Below the pieces are notes generated by a model. The model was given only the letters and a program-made list of their open reading frames with translations. It made no database searches and was not told where the DNA came from. A DNA stretch of 64,000 bases from Faecousia sp. (GTDB lineage: Bacteria > Bacillota > Clostridia > Oscillospirales > Oscillospiraceae). The DNA lies in the NCBI GenBank assembly GCA_045649665.1, contig JAZRQK010000046.1, positions 10,730 through 74,729 of the forward strand, in the 5' to 3' direction. The translations under genes were made by a program, and so were the position numbers. Of this stretch, positions 47,468-57,777 are shown piece after piece; position 1 is the first letter of the stretch, and each line of letters starts with the position of its first letter.

Positions 47468-48889
47468 TTATATAAGCTTAAATAAGGCTTCCTTTTGGGA
47501 CAGTACACTGTCCAGCTGCTCTATGTACTGTTCCGGGAATTTGGGGTTGTGGAACCGCTGCAGCGAGCCGTCGGGCAGGTTAACCTTGTTCATTCCGCCG
47601 CCGCCTAAGGACACGATGGTATGCAGTTCCTCCATCATATAGATATTATACAGACAGTCCCGTTCATTCCGGCTCCAGCCAACATTTTCAAAGCTGCCGG
47701 ACATATATTTCTGCCGGTACAGATAATAAGGCTTGTACCCCAGCCGGGATAGTGTCTCGTTGGCATAGGCGACCATTTGGGTCACATCCTCCGCCGTGGG
47801 CAGGCTTACCTGCCGTTCAAACAAGTCTGCGCCTTTTTTCAGCGCAAGGGTATGCACCGTAATATTGCTGGGCAGCAGCGCAGCCACTTCGTCCAACGAC
47901 CGGATAAAGCCATCTACGCTATCACCGGGCAGTCCGGCGATCAAATCCATATTGATGTCCGTAAAACCCGCTGCCACCGCCTGCTCATAACTGCGGCGCA
48001 CATCCGCTGCCGTGTGGGGTCTGCCGCTGGCACGGAGCACACTATCCACCATACTCTGGGGGTTGATGCTCATTCTGTCCGCCCCGTGGCTGCGAATGGT
48101 TTGGAGCTTTTCCAAGTCCAATGTGTCGGGTCTGCCGCCCTCCACCGTAAATTCCACGCAGCGGGTCAGGTCGATATTTGCCCGGATGGCATCCAAAAGC
48201 CAAGCCATCTGCCCGGCTGACAAGGTGGTGGGTGTACCGCCGCCGATATAGACAGTGCGTACGGTCTTACCGGATGCTTTCAAAAGCTTTCCCGTGACCT
48301 CCAGCTCCTTTGCAAGGGCTTGCAGGTAGGGGTCCAGCAGTTCTGTTCGCTTGCCAACGCTGCGGCTGACAAAGCTGCAGTAGGCGCACCGGGTGGGACA
48401 AAACGGAATTCCCACATAGAGGGAAATGTCCGTGCTTTGGGTTTTTTCGTATGCCCGGACTGTGGACTCCGAGCAGGCCAGCGCCAGCTCTGTCCGCTCC
48501 GGGGTCACATAGTACACATCCTGCAAAAGCTTTCTTGCGGAAGCTTTTGTGCCGCCGGCAAGCAGATGCTTGGTGGTGATTTTTGTGGGTCGCACACCCG
48601 ATAAGGCGCCCCAAGCCGGCGCTTTGGGCAGCTGGGGCAGCGCCGCCCGGTAAAGGCTTTGCTGCAAGATCCGCCGCCGCAGCTGTACGGTCTCCGCCCT
48701 GGCTGGCAGACGGCGTATGCCACGGGTGGTAGTCTGGTCTGCGGTAATGGTCGTCACCGCGGTGAGCCATTTTCTGCCACGGCACAGCCGGGATTCCACC
48801 CGTACCGCCGCCTCTACCCCGAACAGGCTCAGGCACAGCTGCTCCACCGCATAACGGTCATCATGACCGACGAGAGTCAGCTCGATCAT
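47468..48889 (-). CDS. hemZ: HemZ radical SAM protein
   Basis: WG.L.GVRPTK, PFCPTRCAYCSF, GGGTPT, PYYLYRQK. Confidence 0.92.
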   Translation of the reverse strand: MIELTLVGHDDRYAVEQLCLSLFGVEAAVRVESRLCRGRKWLTAVTTITADQTTTRGIRRLPARAETVQLRRRILQQSLYRAALPQLPKAPAWGALSGVRPTKITTKHLLAGGTKASARKLLQDVYYVTPERTELALACSESTVRAYEKTQSTDISLYVGIPFCPTRCAYCSFVSRSVGKRTELLDPYLQALAKELEVTGKLLKASGKTVRTVYIGGGTPTTLSAGQMAWLLDAIRANIDLTRCVEFTVEGGRPDTLDLEKLQTIRSHGADRMSINPQSMVDSVLRASGRPHTAADVRRSYEQAVAAGFTDINMDLIAGLPGDSVDGFIRSLDEVAALLPSNITVHTLALKKGADLFERQVSLPTAEDVTQMVAYANETLSRLGYKPYYLYRQKYMSGSFENVGWSRNERDCLYNIYMMEELHTIVSLGGGGMNKVNLPDGSLQRFHNPKFPEQYIEQLDSVLSQKEALFKLI

Positions 48890-49479
48890 AAGCTATACAT
48901 ATAGGGGTTGAGCTGCCGCTCAAAGTTCAGGTCTGTGCTTTCGCCATGGCCGGGAAACACCTTGTAATTGCCCTCCAGCGCCGCCAGTCGGGCAAGGGAT
49001 TGCCGCATCTGGGCAGGATTGCCGCTGGCAAGGTCGGTTCTGCCGCAAGTGCCGGCAAACAAAGTGTCGCCGGAGAACATGGTATCCTCCACCAGCAGGC
49101 ACACACCGCCTACGGTATGACCGGGGGTGTGCAGTACCTGCAGGGAAAGACCTGCCACGGCGACGGTATCGCCCTCGTCATAAAAATCTGTAGCGCAAAT
49201 GTCGCCGGAGGGATACCGATGATTGATTTCCAGCTCTGCCTTGTGGACATAGACCTTACAGCCGGTCATCTCCACCAGCTTTTTCACACCGAACACATGG
49301 TCAAAATGGGTATGGGTCAGCAGGATCGCCTCCAGCTGCTTGCCGGTGGCTCGGACACGCTCCATGATTTTCTCCGGATCAAAACCCGGGTCGATCAGAG
49401 CGCAGGTATCAGAGCCATCGCCCCAAATGAGATAACAGTTGGTGTACAGATCACCGCCAACCAAAGTTTGCATATTCAT
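48886..49479 (-). CDS. MBL-fold metallo-hydrolase (glyoxalase II-like)
   Basis: LTHTHFDH, HTPGHT.G, SGDTLF, PGHG. Confidence 0.92.
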   Translation of the reverse strand: MNMQTLVGGDLYTNCYLIWGDGSDTCALIDPGFDPEKIMERVRATGKQLEAILLTHTHFDHVFGVKKLVEMTGCKVYVHKAELEINHRYPSGDICATDFYDEGDTVAVAGLSLQVLHTPGHTVGGVCLLVEDTMFSGDTLFAGTCGRTDLASGNPAQMRQSLARLAALEGNYKVFPGHGESTDLNFERQLNPYMYSL

Positions 49480-49500
49480 AAGATCACCTCAAAAGAAGTT

Positions 49501-49965
49501 TTACCGTCTGGGGGAATTCATCAGTTGGTCGGTGTCCAGAATCAGCGTCACCGGGCCGTCATTGACGGATTCCACCTGCATATCTGCGCCGAACTGTCCA
49601 TGCTGGGGCGCAAAGCCCAAGGCTTCGCAGTCGCGCAAAAACTGCTCATACAGCCGATTGCCCAGCTCCGGGGGCGCAGCATCGGTAAAGCTGGGACGGC
49701 GACCCTTGCGGCAGTTGCCGTAAAGGGTGAACTGGCTCACCACCAGCACCTGACCGCCCACATCTGCAAGACCCAGATTCATTTTGCCGTTTTCGTCCTC
49801 GAACACACGCAGACCCAGCGCCTTATCCGCCAGATACCGGCTATGCTCGGCGGTGTCCTCCGGGCCGATGCCCAGCAGAATCAGAAAACCTTTGCCGATT
49901 TTTCCCACTACCTCGCCGTCAATGCAGACGGAGGCAGAATTTACTCTTGTTAGTACAGCGCGCAT
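49501..49965 (-). CDS. dtd: D-aminoacyl-tRNA deacylase
   Basis: MRAVLTRV, VSQFTL, KGRRPSF, NDGPVT. Confidence 0.95.
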   Translation of the reverse strand: MRAVLTRVNSASVCIDGEVVGKIGKGFLILLGIGPEDTAEHSRYLADKALGLRVFEDENGKMNLGLADVGGQVLVVSQFTLYGNCRKGRRPSFTDAAPPELGNRLYEQFLRDCEALGFAPQHGQFGADMQVESVNDGPVTLILDTDQLMNSPRR

Positions 49966-49975
49966 AATTTCTCCT

Positions 49976-52159
49976 TTAGTTCTGTCCCCGGCGAGAGCCA
50001 AGCACATCCCGTACATTGAGCAGCTTGTTGCGGATACTGTCCAGCTCCGCCACATTCTTGACCTCGAAACGGACGGTAAAAATACTGTGTCCGTCGGGCA
50101 GGTCTTTACCGTAAAGTTCCTTCACTCGCACACGGGCAGAGGTCATCACCATAGCAACATCCAAAAGCAAGCCGTCACGGGTGATGCAGTCCAGCTCCAG
50201 GGTGGTATCAAAGGGCTGCTCAGAAACGCTATCCCAGCGCACACGCACCCAACGAGCCGCCTGCTTGGGATCGGTAATGCCGGCAGTATTGGGGCAGTCC
50301 GCCCGGTGGATAGACACACCAAAACCCTTGGTGATAAAGCCAACGATGGCATCGCCGGGAACGGGGGTGCAGCACTTGCTGAACTTGATCATGCAGGAGT
50401 CGATATCCTCCACGATGACACCGTTGACCGCATGGCGGTTGCGCTTGCTGTCCTCTGCTTCCGGATTCAGCCGTAAGGGGTTCTGGTTGGCTCTGTCCGC
50501 CTTCACCGCCTTGTGAATATCGTCACGGATCTTGCCGGCAGCCTTCACCGCCGTCATGCCGCCATAACCGATGGCAGCGTACAAGTCCTCCCAGGTGTCG
50601 AAGGACAGCTTTTTCAGCAGGCTCTTTTGCAGATCTTCTTCCATGGTGGTGGGCATGGGCAGCAGCAGGCGCTTCATTTCTGATTCGAAGCTTGCCTTGC
50701 CGTGGAGGATATTCTCCTCACGCTTCTCCCGCTTAAACCACTGCTTGATCTTGGTGCGAGCCTGATTGGATTTACAGATATTCAGCCAGTCACGGCTGGG
50801 GCCTTTTGCGTTATTGGAAGTAATGATCTCCACAATATCGCCGTTTTGCACCGTTGCGTCAATGTTGACGATACGGTTGTTCACCTTGGCGCCGACCATG
50901 GAGTTACCAACACCGGAGTGAATGGCATAGGCAAAGTCGATAGGCGTAGAGCCGGCAGGCAGAGAAACGATCTTGCCCTTGGGGGTGAACACGAACACCT
51001 CGTCATCGAACATGTCGATTTTCAGGGAGGTCACATAGTCCTCCGCATCGGTGTCCTGCTGGCTTTCCAGCAAGCGGCGCACCCACTCGAAGTCCTTTTC
51101 GTCACCGTTGCCGCTGCCCTGCTTATATTTCCAGTGGGCAGCAATGCCGTATTCTGCGGTTTCGTGCATTTCCCAAGTGCGGATCTGCACCTCAAAGGGA
51201 ATGCCCTGACGACCGATCACGGTGGTGTGCAGGCTCTGATACATATTGGGCTTGGGGGTGGAAATATAATCCTTAAACCGACCGGGCACCAGATTGAACA
51301 AATCGTGGATATGACCCAGCACGTTATAGCAATCGGGAATGGATTCCACCACCACCCGGAATGCGTAAATATCGTACAGCTCCTCCAGGCTCTTGCCCTG
51401 GGCGTTCATCTTACGATAGATAGAGTACACATGCTTGATTCGGCCGTAGGTCTTACACTGGATGCCCACGTCCTTCATGCGGTCGGTGATGCGCTCCTGA
51501 ATGGTGCGCATAAACGCCTCGTCCTGCTCTTTGTGGGCTTTCAGATATGCCATGATATCCTCATAGCCGGCAGGGTCCAGATACCGCAAAGCAATATCCT
51601 CCAGCTCCCACTTCAGCTTTTGCATACCAAGCCGGTGAGCAAGGGGCGCATAGATATCCATGGTCTCCCGGCACTTGCTGATCTGCTTTTCCGGGGTCTG
51701 ATACTGCATGGTGCGCATATTGTGCAGACGGTCGGCGATCTTGACGATCACCACACGAATGTCCTTGGACATTGCCATGAACATTTTGCGCAGGTTCTCC
51801 ATCTGCTGCTCCTCGGAGCTGGAGAAGTTGGCGCGGGTCAGCTTGGTAACACCCTCCACCAACTCTGCCACCGTTTCGCCGAACTGCCGGGCGATGTCAT
51901 CGTGGGAAGCATCGGTATCCTCGATGCAATCATGCAGCAGCGCCGCCAGCACTGCATCGGTGTCCATGCCCATTTCCGCCACGATCTGGGCAACCGCCAG
52001 CGGGTGAATAATATAAGGCGAGCCGTCCTTGCGCTTTTGCGCCTTGTGCTTATCGCTGGCATAGGCAATCGCCTGCTCGATCAGTTCTTTGTCTGCACCG
52101 GGCAAATATTTTTGCAGCGTCCGCTGCAACGCTTCATAATGATCCTGATAATTTTCCAT
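49976..52159 (-). CDS. relA: Bifunctional (p)ppGpp synthetase/hydrolase Rel
   Basis: PYIIHP, LLHDCIED, ADRLHNMRT, YQSLHT, TGS and ACT domains. Confidence 0.97.
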   Translation of the reverse strand: MENYQDHYEALQRTLQKYLPGADKELIEQAIAYASDKHKAQKRKDGSPYIIHPLAVAQIVAEMGMDTDAVLAALLHDCIEDTDASHDDIARQFGETVAELVEGVTKLTRANFSSSEEQQMENLRKMFMAMSKDIRVVIVKIADRLHNMRTMQYQTPEKQISKCRETMDIYAPLAHRLGMQKLKWELEDIALRYLDPAGYEDIMAYLKAHKEQDEAFMRTIQERITDRMKDVGIQCKTYGRIKHVYSIYRKMNAQGKSLEELYDIYAFRVVVESIPDCYNVLGHIHDLFNLVPGRFKDYISTPKPNMYQSLHTTVIGRQGIPFEVQIRTWEMHETAEYGIAAHWKYKQGSGNGDEKDFEWVRRLLESQQDTDAEDYVTSLKIDMFDDEVFVFTPKGKIVSLPAGSTPIDFAYAIHSGVGNSMVGAKVNNRIVNIDATVQNGDIVEIITSNNAKGPSRDWLNICKSNQARTKIKQWFKREKREENILHGKASFESEMKRLLLPMPTTMEEDLQKSLLKKLSFDTWEDLYAAIGYGGMTAVKAAGKIRDDIHKAVKADRANQNPLRLNPEAEDSKRNRHAVNGVIVEDIDSCMIKFSKCCTPVPGDAIVGFITKGFGVSIHRADCPNTAGITDPKQAARWVRVRWDSVSEQPFDTTLELDCITRDGLLLDVAMVMTSARVRVKELYGKDLPDGHSIFTVRFEVKNVAELDSIRNKLLNVRDVLGSRRGQN

Positions 52160-52171
52160 GTGGTCGTCCTC

Positions 52172-54232
52172 TTATCGTGCAATGACGGCTTGTAGCCGCT
52201 GCATAGTCCGGCTCTCATTCAGATCTGCTTTGCGGTCTGTGGGGATCTGCCGGAGCGCTATGTATTTATGCGTCCACTGCTGGTGCAGCAATCCCACATC
52301 GGAGAAAATATCCAAACAAGTCAGCAGTACACCCAAGCCCATGGGCTTGCCGGTCTGCCGCACCAATTTCCGCAGCAGGCACTCCGGTGTTTCCACCACC
52401 TGACCGCCGGGGGCAGCATCCAGATACCGCCAAACCATGCCCAGCGTTTCCCGATCCGGCAACAGCGCCTGCGCAGTCTTGCTGTCCAGACCGCCGTTGC
52501 GCAGCGCCCGGTAGCCGGAAAGATCCATGGAGCATTCCGCCTTGCAGGCAGGGCGGATATCCACCACATTCATCTGCACGGAGCGCTCGCCCCGGAATTC
52601 ATTGATCTGGGGGTTAAATGCCACATCCACCACATCGCCGTTGGCGATGGCGGCGCTTTGCATATTGGTGCTGAACCAGATAGCTTGCAGATTGTATCTG
52701 CCGCTGTGCAGCCGCAGCCGCAAATGCCGTCCGCCGCCCACCGGGGTCACCCGGTCAGCCACCAGATCCTGCATTACCAGTAAAGGCTTGGGACAGCCGT
52801 TGCCGCAAGGCTCCAGCTGGGAAAGAGATTCGATATTGTGAATGGTCAGCATTTCCGGCGGTATAGCGCAGTCTGTATCCAGCACCGTACGGGGTACATC
52901 CTGATCGTAGTATGCCCGTGCCAGCTTGCCGATGGCCTCCCGGAACGCCGGGATCTGACTGCGGCTGATGGTAAAGCCAGCCGCCAATTCGTGACCGCCA
53001 TAGCTTTCCAGTAAATGAGAAAGCTGGGTCAGCGCAGAAAACAGGTTAAAACCGCCGTAGCTCCGGGAGCTGGCTTTGCCGCTTTCTCCGTCCAGACAGA
53101 TCAAAAATGTGGGGCAGCAATATTCCTCGGCGATCCGGCTGGCAACAATGCCCACCACGCCCTGGTGCCAATTCTCGTCTGCCAAAACGATAGCGTCCGG
53201 CATTTTATCCTTCGGCAGCATCTGTACTGCCTGATCGTAGATCTCCGCTTCCACCGCCTGCCGCTGGCGATTCAGCTCGCACAAGCCGATGGCAGCCTTT
53301 CTCGCCTGCTGGGGGTCATCGGTGAGGAACAATTCCACTGCCAGATCGATTTGACCCATTCTGCCGGCGGCATTGATCCGGGGAGCAAGGATATAGCCCA
53401 CCGACGCTGCGGTCAGGCTTTCCTTGTCACAGTCCGCCTGCTCCAACAGCGCCAGAACGCCGGGGCGACGGGTATTACGGAGCATCTGAAGTCCCCGGGA
53501 AACAAACACCCGGTTCTCCCCTTGCAGATTCATTACATCCGCCACTGTGCCCAAACACACCAAGTCGGCATACTCCGCAAGCACGGCATCCTGGCTGCCC
53601 TGCAAAGCGCCGGCAAGCTTGAATGCCACGCCCACACCGGACAAATCCTTGTGGGGGTAGCTGCAGTCCGGGCGGTGGGGATCTACCACTGCCGCAGCCT
53701 GGGGCAGGGCATCTTTACATTCGTGGTGGTCGGTGATCACCAGGTCAATGCCCATCTGGGCGCACAAAGCCGCTTCCTCTACGGCGGTGATGCCGCAGTC
53801 TACGGTGATAATGAGCTTGACACCTTGGCTGTGGAGCTGCCGAATGGCGATGGGATTCAGACCGTAGCCCTCCTCCAGCCGACCGGGGATATAGGGCACA
53901 CAGTCACCGCCCCGGCTGCGCAGATAGTCTGTCAGCAGGCAGGTGGCGGTAATACCGTCCACATCATAGTCGCCAAAAACCGCCATTTTTTCACCCCGCT
54001 CCAGGGCAAGGCGCACACGGGCAGCCGCCGGCTCCATGTCTTTCATACAGCCGGGGTCTACCAGCGGACAATCGCAGTCCAGATAAGTATTTGCCTGCTG
54101 AGGATCTTCCTTGCCCCGAGCAGCCAGTACCATCGCTGCCAGCGGCGCATAGCCGCCCTCTACCAATCGATTAACCGCTTCTGTTTTTACTTCCGCTACA
54201 TTCCAAATTCCATATTTCAAAATACAACACAT
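52172..54232 (-). CDS. recJ: ssDNA exonuclease RecJ (true start may be TTG at 54220)
   Basis: GDYDVDG, TVDCG, TDHH, PRINAAGR, GGHELAAG. Confidence 0.95.
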   Translation of the reverse strand: MCCILKYGIWNVAEVKTEAVNRLVEGGYAPLAAMVLAARGKEDPQQANTYLDCDCPLVDPGCMKDMEPAAARVRLALERGEKMAVFGDYDVDGITATCLLTDYLRSRGGDCVPYIPGRLEEGYGLNPIAIRQLHSQGVKLIITVDCGITAVEEAALCAQMGIDLVITDHHECKDALPQAAAVVDPHRPDCSYPHKDLSGVGVAFKLAGALQGSQDAVLAEYADLVCLGTVADVMNLQGENRVFVSRGLQMLRNTRRPGVLALLEQADCDKESLTAASVGYILAPRINAAGRMGQIDLAVELFLTDDPQQARKAAIGLCELNRQRQAVEAEIYDQAVQMLPKDKMPDAIVLADENWHQGVVGIVASRIAEEYCCPTFLICLDGESGKASSRSYGGFNLFSALTQLSHLLESYGGHELAAGFTISRSQIPAFREAIGKLARAYYDQDVPRTVLDTDCAIPPEMLTIHNIESLSQLEPCGNGCPKPLLVMQDLVADRVTPVGGGRHLRLRLHSGRYNLQAIWFSTNMQSAAIANGDVVDVAFNPQINEFRGERSVQMNVVDIRPACKAECSMDLSGYRALRNGGLDSKTAQALLPDRETLGMVWRYLDAAPGGQVVETPECLLRKLVRQTGKPMGLGVLLTCLDIFSDVGLLHQQWTHKYIALRQIPTDRKADLNESRTMQRLQAVIAR

Positions 54233-54360
54233 CCAACTATAAACTTTTTCCTTATATTATAACAAAAAAACAACATTTGTACAATAGGAATCTGCAATTT
54301 TCACCGGGAAAATCCACATATTTGACCAATGTGTTATACTGTAGAAAAGGGGGTTTGGAT

Positions 54361-54828
54361 ATGCTCAATACCACACTTTGCTACATTACGCAAGGCGACC
54401 GGGTTCTGATGCTCCACCGGACGAAAAAAGAGCAGGATATCAACAAGGATAAATGGATCGGTATCGGCGGCAAATTCGAGGAAAACGAATCGCCGGAGCA
54501 GTGCCTGCTGCGGGAAGCTTTGGAGGAAACCGGTCTTACGCTGACAAGCTGGAAATGCCGGGGTGTCGTCACCTTTCTGAACACCTGCTGTGAAGGCGAA
54601 TATATGTACCTGTTCACCGCCGATGGCTTCGAAGGGCAACTGAAAACCTGCGACGAGGGCGAGCTGCAATGGGTCAGCCGGGAATTTTTGGATCAGCTGC
54701 CTAAGTGGGAGGGCGATCAGATTTTTTTGGATCTTTTGTGGCAGGATGCGCCGTTCTTTTTGCTGACGCTGCGCTATGACGGCGACAAGCTGGTGGAGGC
54801 TGTTTTAGACGGAAAGAAAATAAAATAA
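54361..54828 (+). CDS. NUDIX hydrolase, MutT/MutX-like 8-oxo-dGTP diphosphatase
   Basis: GGKFEENESPEQCLLREALEETGL Nudix box; WEGD. Confidence 0.9.
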   Translation: MLNTTLCYITQGDRVLMLHRTKKEQDINKDKWIGIGGKFEENESPEQCLLREALEETGLTLTSWKCRGVVTFLNTCCEGEYMYLFTADGFEGQLKTCDEGELQWVSREFLDQLPKWEGDQIFLDLLWQDAPFFLLTLRYDGDKLVEAVLDGKKIK

Positions 54829-54874
54829 AAAAAGCAGCACCGAATGATCGGTGCTGCTTTCTTGTTTGCTTTTA

Positions 54875-55153
54875 TTAGCCTTCTGCACGCATCTGAGCGG
54901 AGCACTCGCTGCAGTATACGGGTCGGTCGGACTTGGGCTCGAAGGGAACCTTTGCCTCGCCGCCGCAACGGGCGCAAGTAGCGGTGAAGAACTCACGGGG
55001 GCCACGGGCAGCATTCTTGCGAGCATCACGGCAAGCCTTGCAGCGCTGGGGCTCATTCTGGAAGCCGCGCTCTGCGTAGAATTCCTGCTCACCAGCGGTG
55101 AAAACGAATTCGCTGCCGCACTCTTTGCAAACTAAAGTCTTGTCTTCGTACAT
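54875..55153 (-). CDS. Zinc-ribbon / CxxC-x17-CxxC protein
   Basis: DKTLVCKECG..FVFTAGEQEFY, C..CG....VPF.P...RPVYCSEC. Confidence 0.9.
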   Translation of the reverse strand: MYEDKTLVCKECGSEFVFTAGEQEFYAERGFQNEPQRCKACRDARKNAARGPREFFTATCARCGGEAKVPFEPKSDRPVYCSECSAQMRAEG

Positions 55154-55256
55154 TGTGTTTACCTCTTTTCGGATAATTCATGCCCCGTGAAAACCCATCG
55201 ATTACGAACGGAAATTAACCAGAGCTGGTATTTATGGTGACAACTCACCGTGGTGT

Positions 55257-55285
55257 ATTATACACAAACTGGTGCAATTTGTCAA
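55257..55285 (-). promoter_or_regulatory. Consensus sigA promoter
   Basis: TTGACA-N17-TATAAT with extended TG. Confidence 0.8.
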
Positions 55286-55333
55286 TACTTTATGAAATTT
55301 TTATGCGTTTTATGAACATTTTGTGCAATTTTA

Positions 55334-56371
55334 TCAAAGTCCAAACTGGGTTTGTCCTTGATAGGCAATGCCTAAATGCTGATATGCCAGCTGGGTCACA
55401 CACCGGCCTCTGGGGGTACGGGTCAAAAAGCCCAGCTGCATCAGGTACGGCTCGTACACATCCTCCAGAGTGATGGCTTCCTCGCCGATGGTTGCCGCCA
55501 AGGTTTCCAGACCCACCGGGCCGCCGCCGTAATTCTCAATAATGGCCGTCAGCATCCGCCGGTCAATATTGTCAAGACCCAGGTGGTCTACCTCCAGACG
55601 GGACAGTGCCAGATCTGCCACTTCCTTGGTGATCACACCGTCACCCACCACTTGGGCAAAATCACGGACACGGCGCAGGAAGCGGTTGGCAATTCGGGGT
55701 GTGCCACGGCTTCGGGAGGCGATCTCCTCTGCTCCCTTGGGGTCGATCTCCATGCCCAAAATGGTTGCAGACCGGGTGACGATCCGGGCAAGCTCCTGGG
55801 TGGTGTACAGCTCCAGCCGCAGGGACACGCCAAACCGATCCCGCAGCGGTGCAGAAAGCTGACCGGCTCTGGTGGTTGCACCCACCAGCGTAAACTTAGG
55901 CAGATCCAACCGAATGGAATTGGCGCTGGGTCCCTTGCCCACGATAATGTCGATGGCAACATCCTCCATCGCCGGGTACAAGATCTCCTCTACCACCCGG
56001 TTGAGCCGGTGGATCTCATCAATAAACAGAATGTCGCCGGGGCTAAGATTGGTCAGCAGTGCTGCCAGGTCGCAGGGTTTTTCGATGGCCGGGCCGGAGG
56101 TTATGCGGATATTAACGCCCATTTCGTTGGCGATCACACCGGCAAGGGTGGTTTTACCCAAACCGGGAGGGCCATAGAGCAGAGTATGATCCAACGGCTC
56201 GTTCCGCTTCCGGGCGGCCTCGATATAAACAGACAGATTGGACTTCGCCTTCTCCTGACCGGTATAGTCAGACAGCAGCTTGGGGCGCAGACCGATCTCC
56301 CCCGCATCCTGCGGAGCATACACCGGCGAAATCACCGGCGCAGTAATATCTTCGTTAAATTCCAAACTCAT
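55334..56371 (-). CDS. ruvB: Holliday junction branch-migration ATPase RuvB
   Basis: [37 protein letters not shown]. Confidence 0.97.
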   Translation of the reverse strand: MSLEFNEDITAPVISPVYAPQDAGEIGLRPKLLSDYTGQEKAKSNLSVYIEAARKRNEPLDHTLLYGPPGLGKTTLAGVIANEMGVNIRITSGPAIEKPCDLAALLTNLSPGDILFIDEIHRLNRVVEEILYPAMEDVAIDIIVGKGPSANSIRLDLPKFTLVGATTRAGQLSAPLRDRFGVSLRLELYTTQELARIVTRSATILGMEIDPKGAEEIASRSRGTPRIANRFLRRVRDFAQVVGDGVITKEVADLALSRLEVDHLGLDNIDRRMLTAIIENYGGGPVGLETLAATIGEEAITLEDVYEPYLMQLGFLTRTPRGRCVTQLAYQHLGIAYQGQTQFGL

Positions 56372-56376
56372 AGCGA

Positions 56377-56973
56377 TTATCCTTTCATGACCATTGCACG
56401 CAGGGCATGGCGCACCAGTTCTTCGGTGGTGGCATTGGGATCTGCACCTTTCAGTGCAGCGGCGATCTCAGAGGGAGAATAACCCAGTTCCTGCAAAGCA
56501 GCCGTTGCCAGACCGGCATTGTTGCTTGCTGCAGGTGCAGCGGTAAATCCACCGGAAAAGTCCATTTCCGCAGAGCTGCCGCCCAGCTTGTCCTTCAGCT
56601 CCAGAATAATGCGCTGGGCAAGCTTTTTGCCCACACCTTGGGCAACGGTAAGCAGCTTTTCATCCCCGGTCATCACCGCAAGGGTGAAGTTCTGCGGGCC
56701 GGCAGACAGAATCGCCATGGCCGCCTTAGGGCCAACACCGTTGACGGTAGTCAGCAGCTCGTAGCACCGCTGCTCCTCCCTGTCGGCAAAGCCATACAGG
56801 TCAAAAGCATCCTCCCGAATCGATTCGGTAATATACAGCCGGGCAGGCTGATTGAGTTTCAGTTGCGCTGCGGTATAGGCAGTCACACGGCAGCCGTAAC
56901 CCACACCGCCGCAGTCCACCACCGCCAGTCCCGGCTCAAGGACTGTTACAGTTCCGGAAACATAGTAAAGCAT
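56377..56973 (-). CDS. ruvA: Holliday junction binding protein RuvA
   Basis: [33 protein letters not shown]. Confidence 0.96.
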   Translation of the reverse strand: MLYYVSGTVTVLEPGLAVVDCGGVGYGCRVTAYTAAQLKLNQPARLYITESIREDAFDLYGFADREEQRCYELLTTVNGVGPKAAMAILSAGPQNFTLAVMTGDEKLLTVAQGVGKKLAQRIILELKDKLGGSSAEMDFSGGFTAAPAASNNAGLATAALQELGYSPSEIAAALKGADPNATTEELVRHALRAMVMKG

Positions 56974-56991
56974 AATAAAACCTCCAAAAGG

Positions 56992-57489
56992 TTAATTCCG
57001 GCTTGCTTTTGCAAGCAGAGAAGTGCTGGAACGGGCGTGGCACAAGGCAATGGCGATGGCACCCGCCGCATCGTCCGGCTTGGGCATGGCAGACAGCTTC
57101 AAAAGCCGCTTGGTCATCTCCTGCACCTGATGCTTGGTGGCATTGCCGTAGCCCACCACCGCCTGCTTGACCTGCATCGGTTTATAGGAGAACACCGGCA
57201 GTCCTGCCTGCCGGATCGCCAGCAAAATCACACCGCGGCTCTGAGCAACACCAATACCGGTGGTCACATTCTGACCGAAAAACAGTTCCTCGATGGCCAC
57301 TGCCTCCGGCTTTGCGGTTTCCAGCAGTTTTTTCATGTCCTCGTATATAATTTCCAGCCGGGCGGAAAAATCCATGCCTGCCGGAGTGGTGATCGCACCG
57401 CAGCTGACAAGCCGCAGATCCGACCGGTCTGCATCCACCACACCAAAACCGGTGATGCCATAGCCGGGGTCAATGCCCAAAATTCGCAT
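56992..57489 (-). CDS. ruvC: Holliday junction resolvase RuvC
   Basis: MRILGIDPG, IEELFF, QSRGV, VKQAVVGYG.ATK.QV. Confidence 0.95.
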   Translation of the reverse strand: MRILGIDPGYGITGFGVVDADRSDLRLVSCGAITTPAGMDFSARLEIIYEDMKKLLETAKPEAVAIEELFFGQNVTTGIGVAQSRGVILLAIRQAGLPVFSYKPMQVKQAVVGYGNATKHQVQEMTKRLLKLSAMPKPDDAAGAIAIALCHARSSTSLLAKASRN

Positions 57490-57647
57490 TATGCGCCACC
57501 TCGCATCATGTGGATATAGTACATAACGATCATCGCCACGAACAGCACTAAACCGATCCGTGCCGCCCACACCTGCCACGCAGGCCGAGGGGTATAGCCG
57601 GACTGTTCTTCCTGCAACATTTCCTCGTTCTTTTCATCCATTTCCAC
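57489..57647 (-). CDS. Small single-TM protein (52 aa) coupled to ruvC
   Basis: RBS gaggtg, GTG start, TAATG overlap with the ruvC start. Confidence 0.65.
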   Translation of the reverse strand: MEMDEKNEEMLQEEQSGYTPRPAWQVWAARIGLVLFVAMIVMYYIHMMRGGA

Positions 57648-57777
57648 AGTATTTCACCTCAAAATAATCATAGCACATTTGTTTTCATTTGCCTAGCACT
57701 TTTTTGTGTCGACAGAAACTGCGGAAGTTTTTGCGCCGGGCAGAATATACTGGTAAAAAAAGGAAAGGAAGTGCGCT

